DNA of 64,000 nucleotides from Candidatus Pelearchaeum maunauluense (GTDB taxonomy: Archaea > Thermoproteota > Nitrososphaeria_A > Caldarchaeales > Caldarchaeaceae): positions 47,940-111,939 of the forward strand of contig JANVYQ010000006.1 in assembly GCA_030059675.1 (NCBI GenBank), written 5' to 3'. Shown piece after piece: positions 17,746 to 27,527 of this stretch. The notes beneath the pieces were generated by a model, which saw only the letters and a list, made by a program, of their open reading frames with translations, made no database searches and was not told where the DNA came from. The translations under genes were made by a program, and so were the position numbers. Within the stretch, counting starts at the first letter, position 1. Every line of letters starts with the position of its first letter.

Positions 17746-19356
17746 CTAACCGTTGTTGTGTTGTCCTCCGTCTATTTTTGCGCTGGCTATACCGAGCTTC
17801 CTTATTACCGCTAGGTTGTAGGTATATCCGTCAGTAATCGCTTTTAGACTTGCCTCAAGTATGTTACGCGAGACCGCTGTAGTAGCCCAGCGCTTCGCGC
17901 CAGACATGAACTCTACAAATACACGGACCGCAGCGGCGGTTCCGTCGCCACTATCTATTACCGCCACCTTATAGTTTACCAGATGCGTATCCTTGAGTTC
18001 TGGGAACTTTCTCAGTAATGCCTTCCTTATAGCCTCGTCAAGTGCATGAACGGGACCAACGCCCTCACCAATCTCGGTTATAGCTTCTCCATTTACGTCA
18101 AGCGAGACTATTGCTTTAGCCATCTGCCTACCTATATCAAACACCTCAACCCACCATGTCCTTATCTTAAAGAAGTCTAGTCTAACGCCTATTGAGTTGA
18201 GGAGTATTAAGCTTACTGTGGCGTCTGCTGGCTCTAGATTATAGCCCAGCAATTCTAGTTTCTTAATCTCCTCTAATGCTCGTGTAAGCTCGTTCTTGTC
18301 TAGAGATAATCCTAGTTTCTGCGCCTGGTATTGTAGTGCAGACCTCCCTGACAGCTCGGATATTGATATTATCCTTTCGTTACCAACCAGCGCTGGGTCT
18401 ATATGCTCGTAGGTTCGCGGGTGTTTGAGCATCGCATCTATATGCACGCCGCCTTTATGAGCGAATGCGTGTCTTCCGACAAATGGATGGTATGGACTTA
18501 GCTCGCGATTAGATAACTCCGCCACCAACCGCGCGGTCTGTGTAAGCCGTCTTAACCTCTCAACCCCATCGCCGCCTAAGACTTTGAACCCCATCTTAAG
18601 CGCTAGGTTAGGAATTACTTGGCATAGGTCGGCATTACCGCATCTCTCGCCCAAGCCGTTTATCGTCCCCTGCACATGTCTAGCACCCTCCTCAACTGCC
18701 GCTAGAGTATTAGCCACAGCCACGCCAGAATCGTTATGAGTATGTATCCCTAATGGACATCCAATCTCTTCACGGACTCTCCGAGTTATCACGCTAAGCT
18801 CACTCGGCAACGTCCCGCCATTAGTATCGCAGAGAACAACAACACGCGCTCCCGCATCGTAAGCGGAGCGTACAACAGAAAGAGCATAGCTGGGAGAGTC
18901 TTTAAACCCATCATAGAAGTGTTCAGCATCAAAGATAACCTCTATACCATGACTACGCAGATATTCTATTGTATCAGTTATCATGTCGAGATTCTCCTCA
19001 TCGGTGCAGCGTAGAACCTCCCTCACATGTAGCAGCCATGACTTGCCGAATATGACCGCCGTGCCTACATCAGCCTTGATTATCGAGTCTAATGATGGGT
19101 CGTTGCTTGGTCTAGTATCCTTACGTCGGGTACTTCCAAATGCGGCTATTCTGCTGTGGCTAAATGAGATATCTTTTGCTGCCTTAAAGAACTCTGCATC
19201 CTTCGGATTGGAGCCTGGCCAGCCCCCCTCAATAATATCAATACCCAGCTCGTCCAGCTTCTCAGCTATGCGGAGCTTTTCATGCAGTGTGAAGGTAACG
19301 CCCCTGGTCTGGGCGCCATCGCGTAGTGTGGTATCGAGGGTCTCAACGTAATCGAT
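17746..19356 (-). CDS. cimA: Citramalate synthase / 2-isopropylmalate synthase family
   Basis: Frame open upstream of the track start through DTTLRDGAQ, IEGGWPGSNPKD, FGKSW; HTHND, GERCGNA, HKGGVH; start codon ambiguous (ATC at 19356 or frameshift). Confidence 0.88.
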   Translation of the reverse strand: MDYVETLDTTLRDGAQTRGVTFTLHEKLRIAEKLDELGIDIIEGGWPGSNPKDAEFFKAAKDISFSHSRIAAFGSTRRKDTRPSNDPSLDSIIKADVGTAVIFGKSWLLHVREVLRCTDEENLDMITDTIEYLRSHGIEVIFDAEHFYDGFKDSPSYALSVVRSAYDAGARVVVLCDTNGGTLPSELSVITRRVREEIGCPLGIHTHNDSGVAVANTLAAVEEGARHVQGTINGLGERCGNADLCQVIPNLALKMGFKVLGGDGVERLRRLTQTARLVAELSNRELSPYHPFVGRHAFAHKGGVHIDAMLKHPRTYEHIDPALVGNERIISISELSGRSALQYQAQKLGLSLDKNELTRALEEIKKLELLGYNLEPADATVSLILLNSIGVRLDFFKIRTWWVEVFDIGRQMAKAIVSLDVNGEAITEIGEGVGPVHALDEAIRKALLRKFPELKDTHLVNYKVAVIDSGDGTAAAVRVFVEFMSGAKRWATTAVSRNILEASLKAITDGYTYNLAVIRKLGIASAKIDGGQHNNG

Positions 19357-19421
19357 TCAGACACCCCCAAACTTGTTGTTCTTGTTAGGGTTTTGTCCGT
19401 ATATTTAATTCTTTCCTGGCC

Positions 19422-20093
19422 TTACTCCAAATATGCTTCGCGGATATGTAGATATCCGCTGTCGCCGCGCCATTCTTTCTCATAGCTTTTTATTTTTATG
19501 CCACGCTTGAAGAGGGGGCAGCTTGTTACGAATGTATCCATCTCACCACCCTCTCCGCAGGGATGGACGCCATAACGTAGCCATAGTTGCTCAAGCTCTG
19601 ATACCGCCTCCTCATCTAATACCCTTCCAAGCCATCGCTCATCAAGGCCTGCCGCCGAGACAGCGGTGACTATCGCAATAAAGCGGGATTCCACTTCCTC
19701 GCGGAGGAGTTCTATTGGTTCTCGTCCCCAGAGCGGTGATAATGTTTTTAGACCAAGCGACTCTGCTATACGCTCAACGCGTGAGCGTTGGTATGTGCTT
19801 GCTATAGCCCCTGTTAGTATTCCATCAGCCTCTGAAGCGTGGCGCTCCACCGCTGCCCGCAGGTCTTCAAGCTCCAGCTCCTTCTCCCCCCGTGTATATG
19901 CTATAGTTTGCGGAATACCCATAGCCTCCGCTTGCAGATGTGTAAACGCCAGGTTGGGATAGTGGAACATGTAGCTCTCCCTACTCTCAGGGATGACCGT
20001 GATTAGCCTTACAACCACATGCCCCATCTGCGTAGCCCTGTATATAGCGTATGTTGAGTCCTTACCGCCTGTATAGAGCGCGATTAGCCTCAA
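19422..20093 (-). CDS. dph6: Diphthine--ammonia ligase (DUF71 PP-loop ATPase)
   Basis: LYTGGKDS, SYMFH, YQRSRVE, PLW, GEGGE; start reassigned to TTG 20093. Confidence 0.9.
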   Translation of the reverse strand: MRLIALYTGGKDSTYAIYRATQMGHVVVRLITVIPESRESYMFHYPNLAFTHLQAEAMGIPQTIAYTRGEKELELEDLRAAVERHASEADGILTGAIASTYQRSRVERIAESLGLKTLSPLWGREPIELLREEVESRFIAIVTAVSAAGLDERWLGRVLDEEAVSELEQLWLRYGVHPCGEGGEMDTFVTSCPLFKRGIKIKSYEKEWRGDSGYLHIREAYLE

Positions 20094-20187
20094 GGGACAA
20101 GTTACAAGAATGCTAAGAAATTTATGAAGTATTCCATCATAGAGGCGGGGGAAAGGGTTATGTGTAAGAAGCTCAGCCTGGCGTATT

Positions 20188-20586
20188 ATGCAGGCTGTTG
20201 TTGAGTATGTAGGTGATGGTAGGCTCCTAGGCGTCGCAGACTCTAAGCAGCTCATCGTGATGGGGTGGCGTGGTGTAGGGATAATGCCCATGGAGGCGGT
20301 GCTTACAGCGTTAGGAGGATGCAGCGCGGTAGATATAGTGGAGATAATCACAAAGTCCAGAAAACAAGTTAATGGCCTTAGAGTGGAGCTTAAGGCAGAG
20401 CGTGTAGAAGAACCGCCTCGCGTATTCTCCAAAATAGAAATAACATACATCCTCAAATCTCCTGATGCGACGGAAAACGAGCTTAGAAGAGCCGTGGAGC
20501 TTTCTATGGAGAAATATTGCTCGGTTGCTGCTATGCTTCGTAAAGGAGGTGTTGAGATAGGTTATACCTTTAAGCTGGAGAGATAA
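20188..20586 (+). CDS. OsmC/YhfA-family protein
   Basis: PME..L.ALGGCSAVD, EKYCSV. Confidence 0.9.
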   Translation: MQAVVEYVGDGRLLGVADSKQLIVMGWRGVGIMPMEAVLTALGGCSAVDIVEIITKSRKQVNGLRVELKAERVEEPPRVFSKIEITYILKSPDATENELRRAVELSMEKYCSVAAMLRKGGVEIGYTFKLER

Positions 20587-20603
20587 TAGCCCGTAGTAGG
20601 CGG

Positions 20604-21452
20604 GTGGGGGTAGGCTACCTGACGAAACCCATAACAGTGGTGTATGCTGGTAAGAAGCCGCAGGCGGTGGCAGCCGCCAGGAAGCTAGGAGAATTCCTCA
20701 AATCCAGCGGCTACTCTACAGCCATACTGAGCCTCCCAGAGTTTGAGGCAAGTGAGGAAAAGCCAAACGAGGGTGTGATAATAGTCCTGGGAGGAGATGG
20801 CACGCTTCTCAGGGTAGTAAGATACATAACCTCACAAGACATCGCAATACTGGGCGTTAATTTCGGGAGAAGCGGCTTCCTATGCCAAGCGGAGCCTGGA
20901 GAGATGATAGAAACGGTTGAGAGCATACTAGCTAGAAATCCCACGACAGACCTAGTTATGAGGCTCGCCATATACGTCAATGAAGAGTTTGTAGGGAATG
21001 TTCTGAACGAGGCTTACCTATCTTCACGCACACCTGGCAGGATTGTAGAATACGCCCTGCGCCAAGATGGGGAGCTTATCCGCGACGTAGCTGACGGCGT
21101 CGTGGTAGCCACGCCAGTCGGCTCAACTGCCTATGCAATGTCAGCAGGAGGCCCAGCTGTTGATGAGCGTCTAGACGCCATAATAATAACGCCCATGGCC
21201 TCACTTCTCAACATGAAACCCCTAGTTTTACCAGCGTCGCATCCAGTTGAAATAGAAATAAGGAAAGGAGAGGCTCAAATAATGATAGACGGCCACTCCA
21301 CGTATCCAATAGCTGACGGCCCCCTCGTAAGGGTGAAAAAATCAGAACACCCAGTCAGGTTTATCCACCTAGACCGCGAAAGACCATTCGCCCGTCGCGT
21401 GAGGAAGCGCCTCTATGGAAAAATCTGGGAAACCCCGCGTAATAGTGCTTGA
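20604..21452 (+). CDS. nadK: NAD kinase
   Basis: GGDGT, NE, ADG.VVATPVGSTAYAMSAGGP. Confidence 0.95.
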   Translation: MGVGYLTKPITVVYAGKKPQAVAAARKLGEFLKSSGYSTAILSLPEFEASEEKPNEGVIIVLGGDGTLLRVVRYITSQDIAILGVNFGRSGFLCQAEPGEMIETVESILARNPTTDLVMRLAIYVNEEFVGNVLNEAYLSSRTPGRIVEYALRQDGELIRDVADGVVVATPVGSTAYAMSAGGPAVDERLDAIIITPMASLLNMKPLVLPASHPVEIEIRKGEAQIMIDGHSTYPIADGPLVRVKKSEHPVRFIHLDRERPFARRVRKRLYGKIWETPRNSA

Positions 21453-21942
21453 TACTTCTGCTATATTATCAGGTCAGCTAGAGGCTAATCCAGCCCATAA
21501 ATATCTGACATGCCAAGGCGTTGTTGATGAGGTTCGCTTCGGTAATCTAGCGCCTGAGAGGCTTGAAGCAGCAATCATGCAGGGATTACTTATTGTGGAG
21601 AGGCCCGAGCAATGGGCCTTGGAGAAAACCATTGAAGCGGCAACCATGACGGGAGATATAACAAGCTTATCCGAGACAGATTTGGAGCTTATCGCTATAG
21701 CTCTACAGTATAGTGTGGCAAACTATGATGTAAGCCTAGTCTCGGACGATTATGGTGTGCAGAATACAGCCATGCAGCTCGGCATAAGGGTATCTGGCCG
21801 CGTCCATCCAGGGATAAGGCGCGTGGTAAAGTGGATACTCAGCTGCCCAGCGTGTAGCTCAACATTTCGCGAAAACCTAAAGACATGCCCGTACTGTGGC
21901 GGTGAACTCAGGCGAAAACCAGTTAAGAATCTTAGCACATAG
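21415..21942 (+). CDS. nob1: Nob1-family PIN endonuclease with Zn ribbon
   Basis: LDTSA, LSETD, SDDYGVQN, CPAC...CPYCG. Confidence 0.92.
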   Translation: MEKSGKPRVIVLDTSAILSGQLEANPAHKYLTCQGVVDEVRFGNLAPERLEAAIMQGLLIVERPEQWALEKTIEAATMTGDITSLSETDLELIAIALQYSVANYDVSLVSDDYGVQNTAMQLGIRVSGRVHPGIRRVVKWILSCPACSSTFRENLKTCPYCGGELRRKPVKNLST

Positions 21943-22013
21943 AGTTAAGTTATGCTAAGGAAGCAGCGTCATAGTCTTTTTAAATTACTAAAAATGCGTT
22001 GAGGCGGGGAGAG

Positions 22014-23051
22014 ATGGTTAAGAAGGTCGCGCTTATCAAAGGCGACGGTGTGGGTCCAGAGCTTACCCAGGCTCTCATGACTGTTTTTGATGCTTTGAAA
22101 CCACCTATTGAGATGATTCCAGTAGAGGCGGGGTGTGAATGGTGGGAGAAGAATGGCGGGAGTAGCATGATACCTGAAGAAACGTGGGAGGTCATACGAA
22201 GCTCAGACGCCTGTTTTAAAGCACCGACAACAACACCACCAGACCCCAAAGCACCAAGAAGTGTGGCAGTCTCAATCAGGCAAGCGATGGACCTATACGC
22301 AAACGTGAGACCGATAAAGACATTCCGCGGCGCTGAGAGCCCCCTGGCCAAGATATTCGGGCCATTTGACTTTGTCTGCGTGCGCGAAGCCACCGAGGGG
22401 CTTTACTCAGGTATAGAATTCATGTTTGACAATAATTCCGCCGCGGCGATAAGAAAGATAACTTTCCACGCATCTGAAAGAATAGCTCGATGGGCGTTCA
22501 AACTGGCCCAGGAGAAGAAATGGAATAGGGTAATAGCTGTTACCAAGCGTAACATCCTAAAACTGACGGATGGAGTATTCATGAGCGCTGTGAATAAAGT
22601 TGCGCAGGAATTTCCTGGAATATCAGTGGAAGAGTATTATATTGATAATATGGCGCAGCAGCTCGTCAAAAATCCAGACAGGTTCAACTACACGGTAATC
22701 TTAAGCACAAATCTCTTCATGGATATTCTATCAGAGGCCGCGTCCGGCCTCATCGGGAACATCGGCCTCGTCTACTCGGCCAACATAGGCGACAACTACG
22801 CGATGTTTGAACCTGCGCATGGAAGCGCGCCCAAATATAAAGGCCAGGACAAAGTTAACCCAACAGCAACTATACTCTCTGGCGCATGGATGCTAAACTA
22901 CCTAGGACTAGAAAAATATGGTGAAGCAATATTCAAAGCAACAGAAGACGTTATAGCCGAGAGAAAGCACGTAACATACGACCTTGGAGGCTCGGCCAAG
23001 CTCTCGGAAATGGCGCGCGAAATAGCGCGTAAAGCCTCGCAGCTAATCTGA
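22014..23051 (+). CDS. Isocitrate/isopropylmalate dehydrogenase family protein
   Basis: [43 protein letters not shown]. Confidence 0.92.
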   Translation: MVKKVALIKGDGVGPELTQALMTVFDALKPPIEMIPVEAGCEWWEKNGGSSMIPEETWEVIRSSDACFKAPTTTPPDPKAPRSVAVSIRQAMDLYANVRPIKTFRGAESPLAKIFGPFDFVCVREATEGLYSGIEFMFDNNSAAAIRKITFHASERIARWAFKLAQEKKWNRVIAVTKRNILKLTDGVFMSAVNKVAQEFPGISVEEYYIDNMAQQLVKNPDRFNYTVILSTNLFMDILSEAASGLIGNIGLVYSANIGDNYAMFEPAHGSAPKYKGQDKVNPTATILSGAWMLNYLGLEKYGEAIFKATEDVIAERKHVTYDLGGSAKLSEMAREIARKASQLI

Positions 23052-23098
23052 TAATAAAACCAAGAAACAAGCCCAAGCCTCACTTATATTGAACAACT

Positions 23099-23782
23099 AT
23101 GCGCATAATAGTTAGAAATATACGACGCCCACAAAATGCAATTATTGAGAAGTTTAGACTGCTGTCAGTATCTACTGTTTATGAAGCTATTGGGAAAGAC
23201 ACAAAAGTCGTAATGGATTTCTCTATAAAGCCCAGAGCGGCTGGGATGAAACTCGCAGGCCCTGCGATAACTGTTCAACCATATCCAGCTGATAACATAA
23301 CTGTTCACAGAGCTATGTTGTTGGCGCAGCCTGGTGATGTTATTGTTGTGGCCGCCCATGGTTCTTTAGGCGCTATGCGGGGTGCACAGATGACGTATCA
23401 AGCTATTAAACAAGGAATTGCTGGAGTAGTTATCGATGGAGCCATCAGAGATGCGGCTGAGATAAGAGAGATGGGATTTCCATGTTTACAAAAATAATAA
23501 GTCCTATAAGAGCGGCAAAAGAAAACCCAGGCTCAATTAACATAACAATACAATGCGGCGGTATTGTAGTTAATCCAGGAGATATAATAGTAGGAGACGA
23601 TGATGGAGTAGTTGCTGTACGCCGCGAGTCAGCAGAAGAAATATTAGAAGGGGCATTACAGAGGGAAGCTAAAGAGCGAAAGTTTAGAAAGCTTATTGAC
23701 AAGAAAAACGTTATTTGAGCTATATGATTTTGATAGGATATTCAAGGAGCGTAATGTAAAGGAGGTTGATAACTATCCATAA
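23099..23782 (+). pseudogene. RraA/HMG-aldolase family gene with two frameshifts
   Basis: GPA.TV, DN, DGAIRD in frame 1; VNPGDIIVGD.DGVV in frame 2; probable third frame KTLFELYDFDR... Confidence 0.8.
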
Positions 23783-23787
23783 CATAG

Positions 23788-23991
23788 CTATCGTTTCCTA
23801 ATCTTCTTTACCGCTAAGCGGGTCATGACTATTCTCTTCTTTCCAGGCTGAACGACCATCTTGAGCTTATCACCTTCTTTGAAGGGGAACTGGCTGTCAG
23901 AGCCTATCTTTGCTGGTATATGTATATAGTAGTAGCTCTTGCCGCTTACGTGGATTTTCTTCCTTAGATAGACGATGGCCGTCAGGGGCAT
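23788..23991 (-). CDS. Small AbrB/MazE-like DNA-binding protein
   Basis: SYYYIHIPAKI..D..FPFKEGD motif; ATG 23991. Confidence 0.75.
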   Translation of the reverse strand: MPLTAIVYLRKKIHVSGKSYYYIHIPAKIGSDSQFPFKEGDKLKMVVQPGKKRIVMTRLAVKKIRKR

Positions 23992-24102
23992 TTCCAGCTT
24001 TATGGGCAGCCTGCCTGGGATATAAGAATTACCCATAAAAACAGCGGTAAGTTTATCTACAACATGCCTACCTCACATGCTCGGAAAAAATTATAGATAA
24101 AA

Positions 24103-24834
24103 CTATCCTTTAGATGGCCCAAACATCATCTCGCGCCGCATAAGCTGTATCGCCAGCGCTGGGTCAACGCCTTTGGGGCATACCTGGCTGCATGAATCTG
24201 CGAAGTGGCAACGCCAAATGCCGTGAGCGCCATCCACGATCCTGATTCTCTCTTCACGGGCCTCGTCGCGCGTATCTATATAATATCTGTATAACTGGGC
24301 TAGCGCCTGTGGTCCTGGGAAGCTCTTGTCGGTTGATACTACTGGGCATGCGGAGTAGCATAATGCGCATTTTATGCAGTATGCAAACTGGACATAACGT
24401 TCCAGCTCTTCTTCACTCTGCCTGTACTGCTCTCGCGGATTTTCCTGCTCCTCAACATCGCGTCTAATCAGATAGGGCTTTACCAGCTTATGCTTGTTGA
24501 AGAACTCGTCAAGGTCTGCGACTAAATCTTTGATTATTGGAAGATTTCTCAAAGGCTGAACCAGTATATACTTGCTCCTCAGCTCAGATATTTGAGTAAA
24601 GCAAGCAAGTCTAGGTAGCCCGTTTATAGTCATTCCGCAGGAACCGCAGCTCGCCATCCTGCATGAATATCTGATAGATAACGTGGGGTCTAGGTTTTCT
24701 TTTATGTAGATAAGCGCGTCTAGCACTGTCATGCCCCTGAATGTCGGAACTCTATAGTTTTGATAACGCGGCTTTCCACCGTTGGACGGGTCGTATCTAT
24801 ATACTCGTAGCAAGACTTCACTGGTTCCAGACAT
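24103..24834 (-). CDS. sdhB: Succinate dehydrogenase Fe-S subunit
   Basis: SCRMASCGSC, CIKCALC...CP, CHFADSC...CP; ATG 24834. Confidence 0.96.
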   Translation of the reverse strand: MSGTSEVLLRVYRYDPSNGGKPRYQNYRVPTFRGMTVLDALIYIKENLDPTLSIRYSCRMASCGSCGMTINGLPRLACFTQISELRSKYILVQPLRNLPIIKDLVADLDEFFNKHKLVKPYLIRRDVEEQENPREQYRQSEEELERYVQFAYCIKCALCYSACPVVSTDKSFPGPQALAQLYRYYIDTRDEAREERIRIVDGAHGIWRCHFADSCSQVCPKGVDPALAIQLMRREMMFGPSKG

Positions 24835-24836
24835 GC

Positions 24837-25208
24837 CTAAGCTACCCCCTGAGCTATTGAGTATGCTATGATGATTGTTCTCGTGCCGTATATCACTACG
24901 AGTAGAGCCACTACTGTCAATGCCCACGTTACGGCGTGTTCCCATCTTGGAGACTGGTAAAGTTCTATCAATATGACACGCAGCCCGTTGAATGCGTGGA
25001 ATGCAACGAATAGCAATAGAGCCTCTAGAGAGCCTGCTAGGATAGCGTTTCTATAAACACCCATCACGGCAAAGGGAGAGCCTGCGAACTCTAGATTCTC
25101 CTTAACGGGAGCCGTGAGGAATACTGTGCCTATATGGACGGCGCCAGCTACCAATATGCCCAGTCCAGTCAAATAGTGTATGAGCATTAGCGTTCTCTCG
25201 CTCACCAT
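24837..25208 (-). CDS. sdhD: Succinate dehydrogenase membrane anchor
   Basis: Three TM helices, HAFNGLR; operon context. Confidence 0.85.
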   Translation of the reverse strand: MVSERTLMLIHYLTGLGILVAGAVHIGTVFLTAPVKENLEFAGSPFAVMGVYRNAILAGSLEALLLFVAFHAFNGLRVILIELYQSPRWEHAVTWALTVVALLVVIYGTRTIIIAYSIAQGVA

Positions 25209-25210
25209 AG

Positions 25211-25705
25211 CTAAGCCAACACCCCGAAGAATGCATTAGTAGTATAGACCAATGCGAAGACCGCAAACGCTATGCTGGCCCAGAAAAGCGCGCGCTGCGT
25301 GGGGGACATTGACTGTGGCCTATGCATTGGTTCTGGCCTTGTCGGCCTTCCCAGCCCCCAGCCGAAATGCGCCAAGAAGAGTCTTATCCCGTTGATTGTG
25401 TGGAACGCCACAAAGAACCCTATAATAGCCAGGCCAGCGTCAAAGAGTGGGTTGCTTAGGAATTTTATCGTCTCGGTCCAGACGCGCTCAGCGTATTGCT
25501 GTGCGTCGGGTCTGATAGTCCATACAGAGGGCCCTCCAACCACGTAGCCAGTTTCAACAATATGGGCTACGAAATACAGTGTGATAACCACGCCACTGAT
25601 GCGTTGGAGTGTGTAGCTCCATCTCTCAAGCCCATACCTATACGGGACGAGCCAGGTTCTTAGAGCTTCCACAAGGACGGCTAGGCCATTCCTTCTACCA
25701 GCCAT
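25211..25705 (-). CDS. sdhC: Succinate dehydrogenase cytochrome b subunit
   Basis: QRISG, FHTINGIR; operon context; ATG 25705. Confidence 0.87.
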   Translation of the reverse strand: MAGRRNGLAVLVEALRTWLVPYRYGLERWSYTLQRISGVVITLYFVAHIVETGYVVGGPSVWTIRPDAQQYAERVWTETIKFLSNPLFDAGLAIIGFFVAFHTINGIRLFLAHFGWGLGRPTRPEPMHRPQSMSPTQRALFWASIAFAVFALVYTTNAFFGVLA

Positions 25706-25718
25706 TAGAACCACACCT

Positions 25719-27434
25719 CTAGTACTTCCTCTCAACTGGCTGGTATTTGTCTATATGAACTGGAGCATAGCTGAGCTCTGGGCCTTCAACGGTGTAGTGT
25801 ATGAGTGTGTGGCTTAGCCAGTTCTGGTCATCGCGTTTGGGATAGTCTCTGCGTGCATGGGCGCCTCTTGACTCACGGCGCTGTAGGGCGGCTGTAACTA
25901 TTATCTCTCCCACGTTAACCATAGCTTCAATCTCAAGCACGTTTGTCAAGTTAGTGTTATACGCCCTACTACTATCTTCAACACCCATGTATGGTAGCTG
26001 CTTAAGCTCGCGTATCATCCTAAGACCCTCAATCATGGACTTCTCATCACGGTATATGTGGCAATGAGATTCCATCGTTCTCTGCATCTTTTTCTTGACC
26101 TCGTAGGGGTTTATTCGTGGTGCTTTTCCTAGGAGGCCGTCAAAGATTCTCTTCTCCTCCTTCTGAACCTGTTCTGTGGGAAGGCTGCTTGAGAAGCCAT
26201 TTTCCATCGCATACCTTGCTGCCGCCTCACCAGTTATACGTCCCCAGACCAGACACTCTATAGTGGAGTTTGAGCCTAATCTGTTGGCGCCGTTTATGCT
26301 TATACACGCCGCCTCCCCAGCAGCCCAGAGTCCAGCGATGGGCGTAGCGCCGTAGATGTTGGTGTGTATGCCGCCCATATAGTAGTGCGCAACTGGCCGT
26401 ACTGGAATCTTCTCATTCACAGGGTCTATCCCAGCCAGTTTTACGCATATCTCGCGTATCCCCGCGAGACGGCGTTTAAGCTTCTCAGGCTCTATTACCG
26501 TGAGGTCAAGCCACAAGTGGCTCATGCCGTCGGGGCCTTCTACTCCACGACCCTCAAGAATCTCGGTGTACATGGCTCTAGAAACTATGTCGCGGGGTGC
26601 CAGCTCCATCTTCTGGGGTGCGTAGCGTTTTAGGAAGCGTTCCTCTTTTGCGTTGAGCAAGACGCCCCCCTCTCCGCGTGCTGCCTCGGTTATCAGTATG
26701 CCAGATGGAACAAGCCCAGTGGGGTGGAACTGGACGAACTCCATATCCTTCAAAGGTGCGCCAGCCTTGTATGCTATGTAAAGCCCGTCGGGGGTTGAGG
26801 AATGTCCAAAGGTTGCGAAGGTGTACATTCTGCCAGCCCCTCCTGTGGCGATTATACAGCTCTTGGCCTTGACTGCGTGTAGCTCGCCTGTTTTCATCTC
26901 TATTGCGGTTAAACCTCTAAAGCGGTTTTCTTCAACGATTAGCGATGTGGCAAACCACTCTTGATAGAACGTTATGTTATCCCACTTGAGCGCGGTATCG
27001 TATAACGTCTGCATCTCGAAGAACCCGACCTTATCCTCGGCGAAGCAGGCGCGTGGGTAGCTCATGCCGCCAAATGCCCGCTGGGCTATCCTACCATCCT
27101 CACGACGCGCCCAGGGCATCCCCCAGTGCTCCAGCTGGATAATCTCGCGCGGCGCACTATGGACGAAGAGCTCAACGGCGTTCTGGTCTGCTAGAAAATC
27201 GCTTCCCTTGATCGTGTCGTATATATGGGACTCGAATGAGTCGCCCTCCTCGGGATAGAGCACGGCGGCTGTCCCTCCCTCGGCAGAAACGGAGTGTGAG
27301 CGCATAACCTGGGTTTTCGTTACGACAGCTACTGAGAGCTTGCCTCTGCTAACACGGCTAGCCTCAATAGCGGCGCGGAGCCCAGCGAGACCTGAGCCAA
27401 CTATTACCACATCATGCTCTAGAACCTCAACCAT
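25719..27434 (-). CDS. sdhA: Succinate dehydrogenase flavoprotein
   Basis: GSGLAG, RSHSVSAEGG, QFHPT, HYYMGG, GANRLGSNS, RRESRGAH; ATG 27434. Confidence 0.97.
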   Translation of the reverse strand: MVEVLEHDVVIVGSGLAGLRAAIEASRVSRGKLSVAVVTKTQVMRSHSVSAEGGTAAVLYPEEGDSFESHIYDTIKGSDFLADQNAVELFVHSAPREIIQLEHWGMPWARREDGRIAQRAFGGMSYPRACFAEDKVGFFEMQTLYDTALKWDNITFYQEWFATSLIVEENRFRGLTAIEMKTGELHAVKAKSCIIATGGAGRMYTFATFGHSSTPDGLYIAYKAGAPLKDMEFVQFHPTGLVPSGILITEAARGEGGVLLNAKEERFLKRYAPQKMELAPRDIVSRAMYTEILEGRGVEGPDGMSHLWLDLTVIEPEKLKRRLAGIREICVKLAGIDPVNEKIPVRPVAHYYMGGIHTNIYGATPIAGLWAAGEAACISINGANRLGSNSTIECLVWGRITGEAAARYAMENGFSSSLPTEQVQKEEKRIFDGLLGKAPRINPYEVKKKMQRTMESHCHIYRDEKSMIEGLRMIRELKQLPYMGVEDSSRAYNTNLTNVLEIEAMVNVGEIIVTAALQRRESRGAHARRDYPKRDDQNWLSHTLIHYTVEGPELSYAPVHIDKYQPVERKY

Positions 27435-27527
27435 GAAGCATCGCTCAAGAAGATGTTTGAGCGGCCAATAATAAATAAGTTTGTTAGGGAATTGTGGGGT
27501 TTGTGAAAAGCGACTTAAAGTAGACAC

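Noticed and set aside
20094-20456. Track's N-terminal extension of dph6
   Set aside because: Overlaps the divergent OsmC gene; homology begins at 20093
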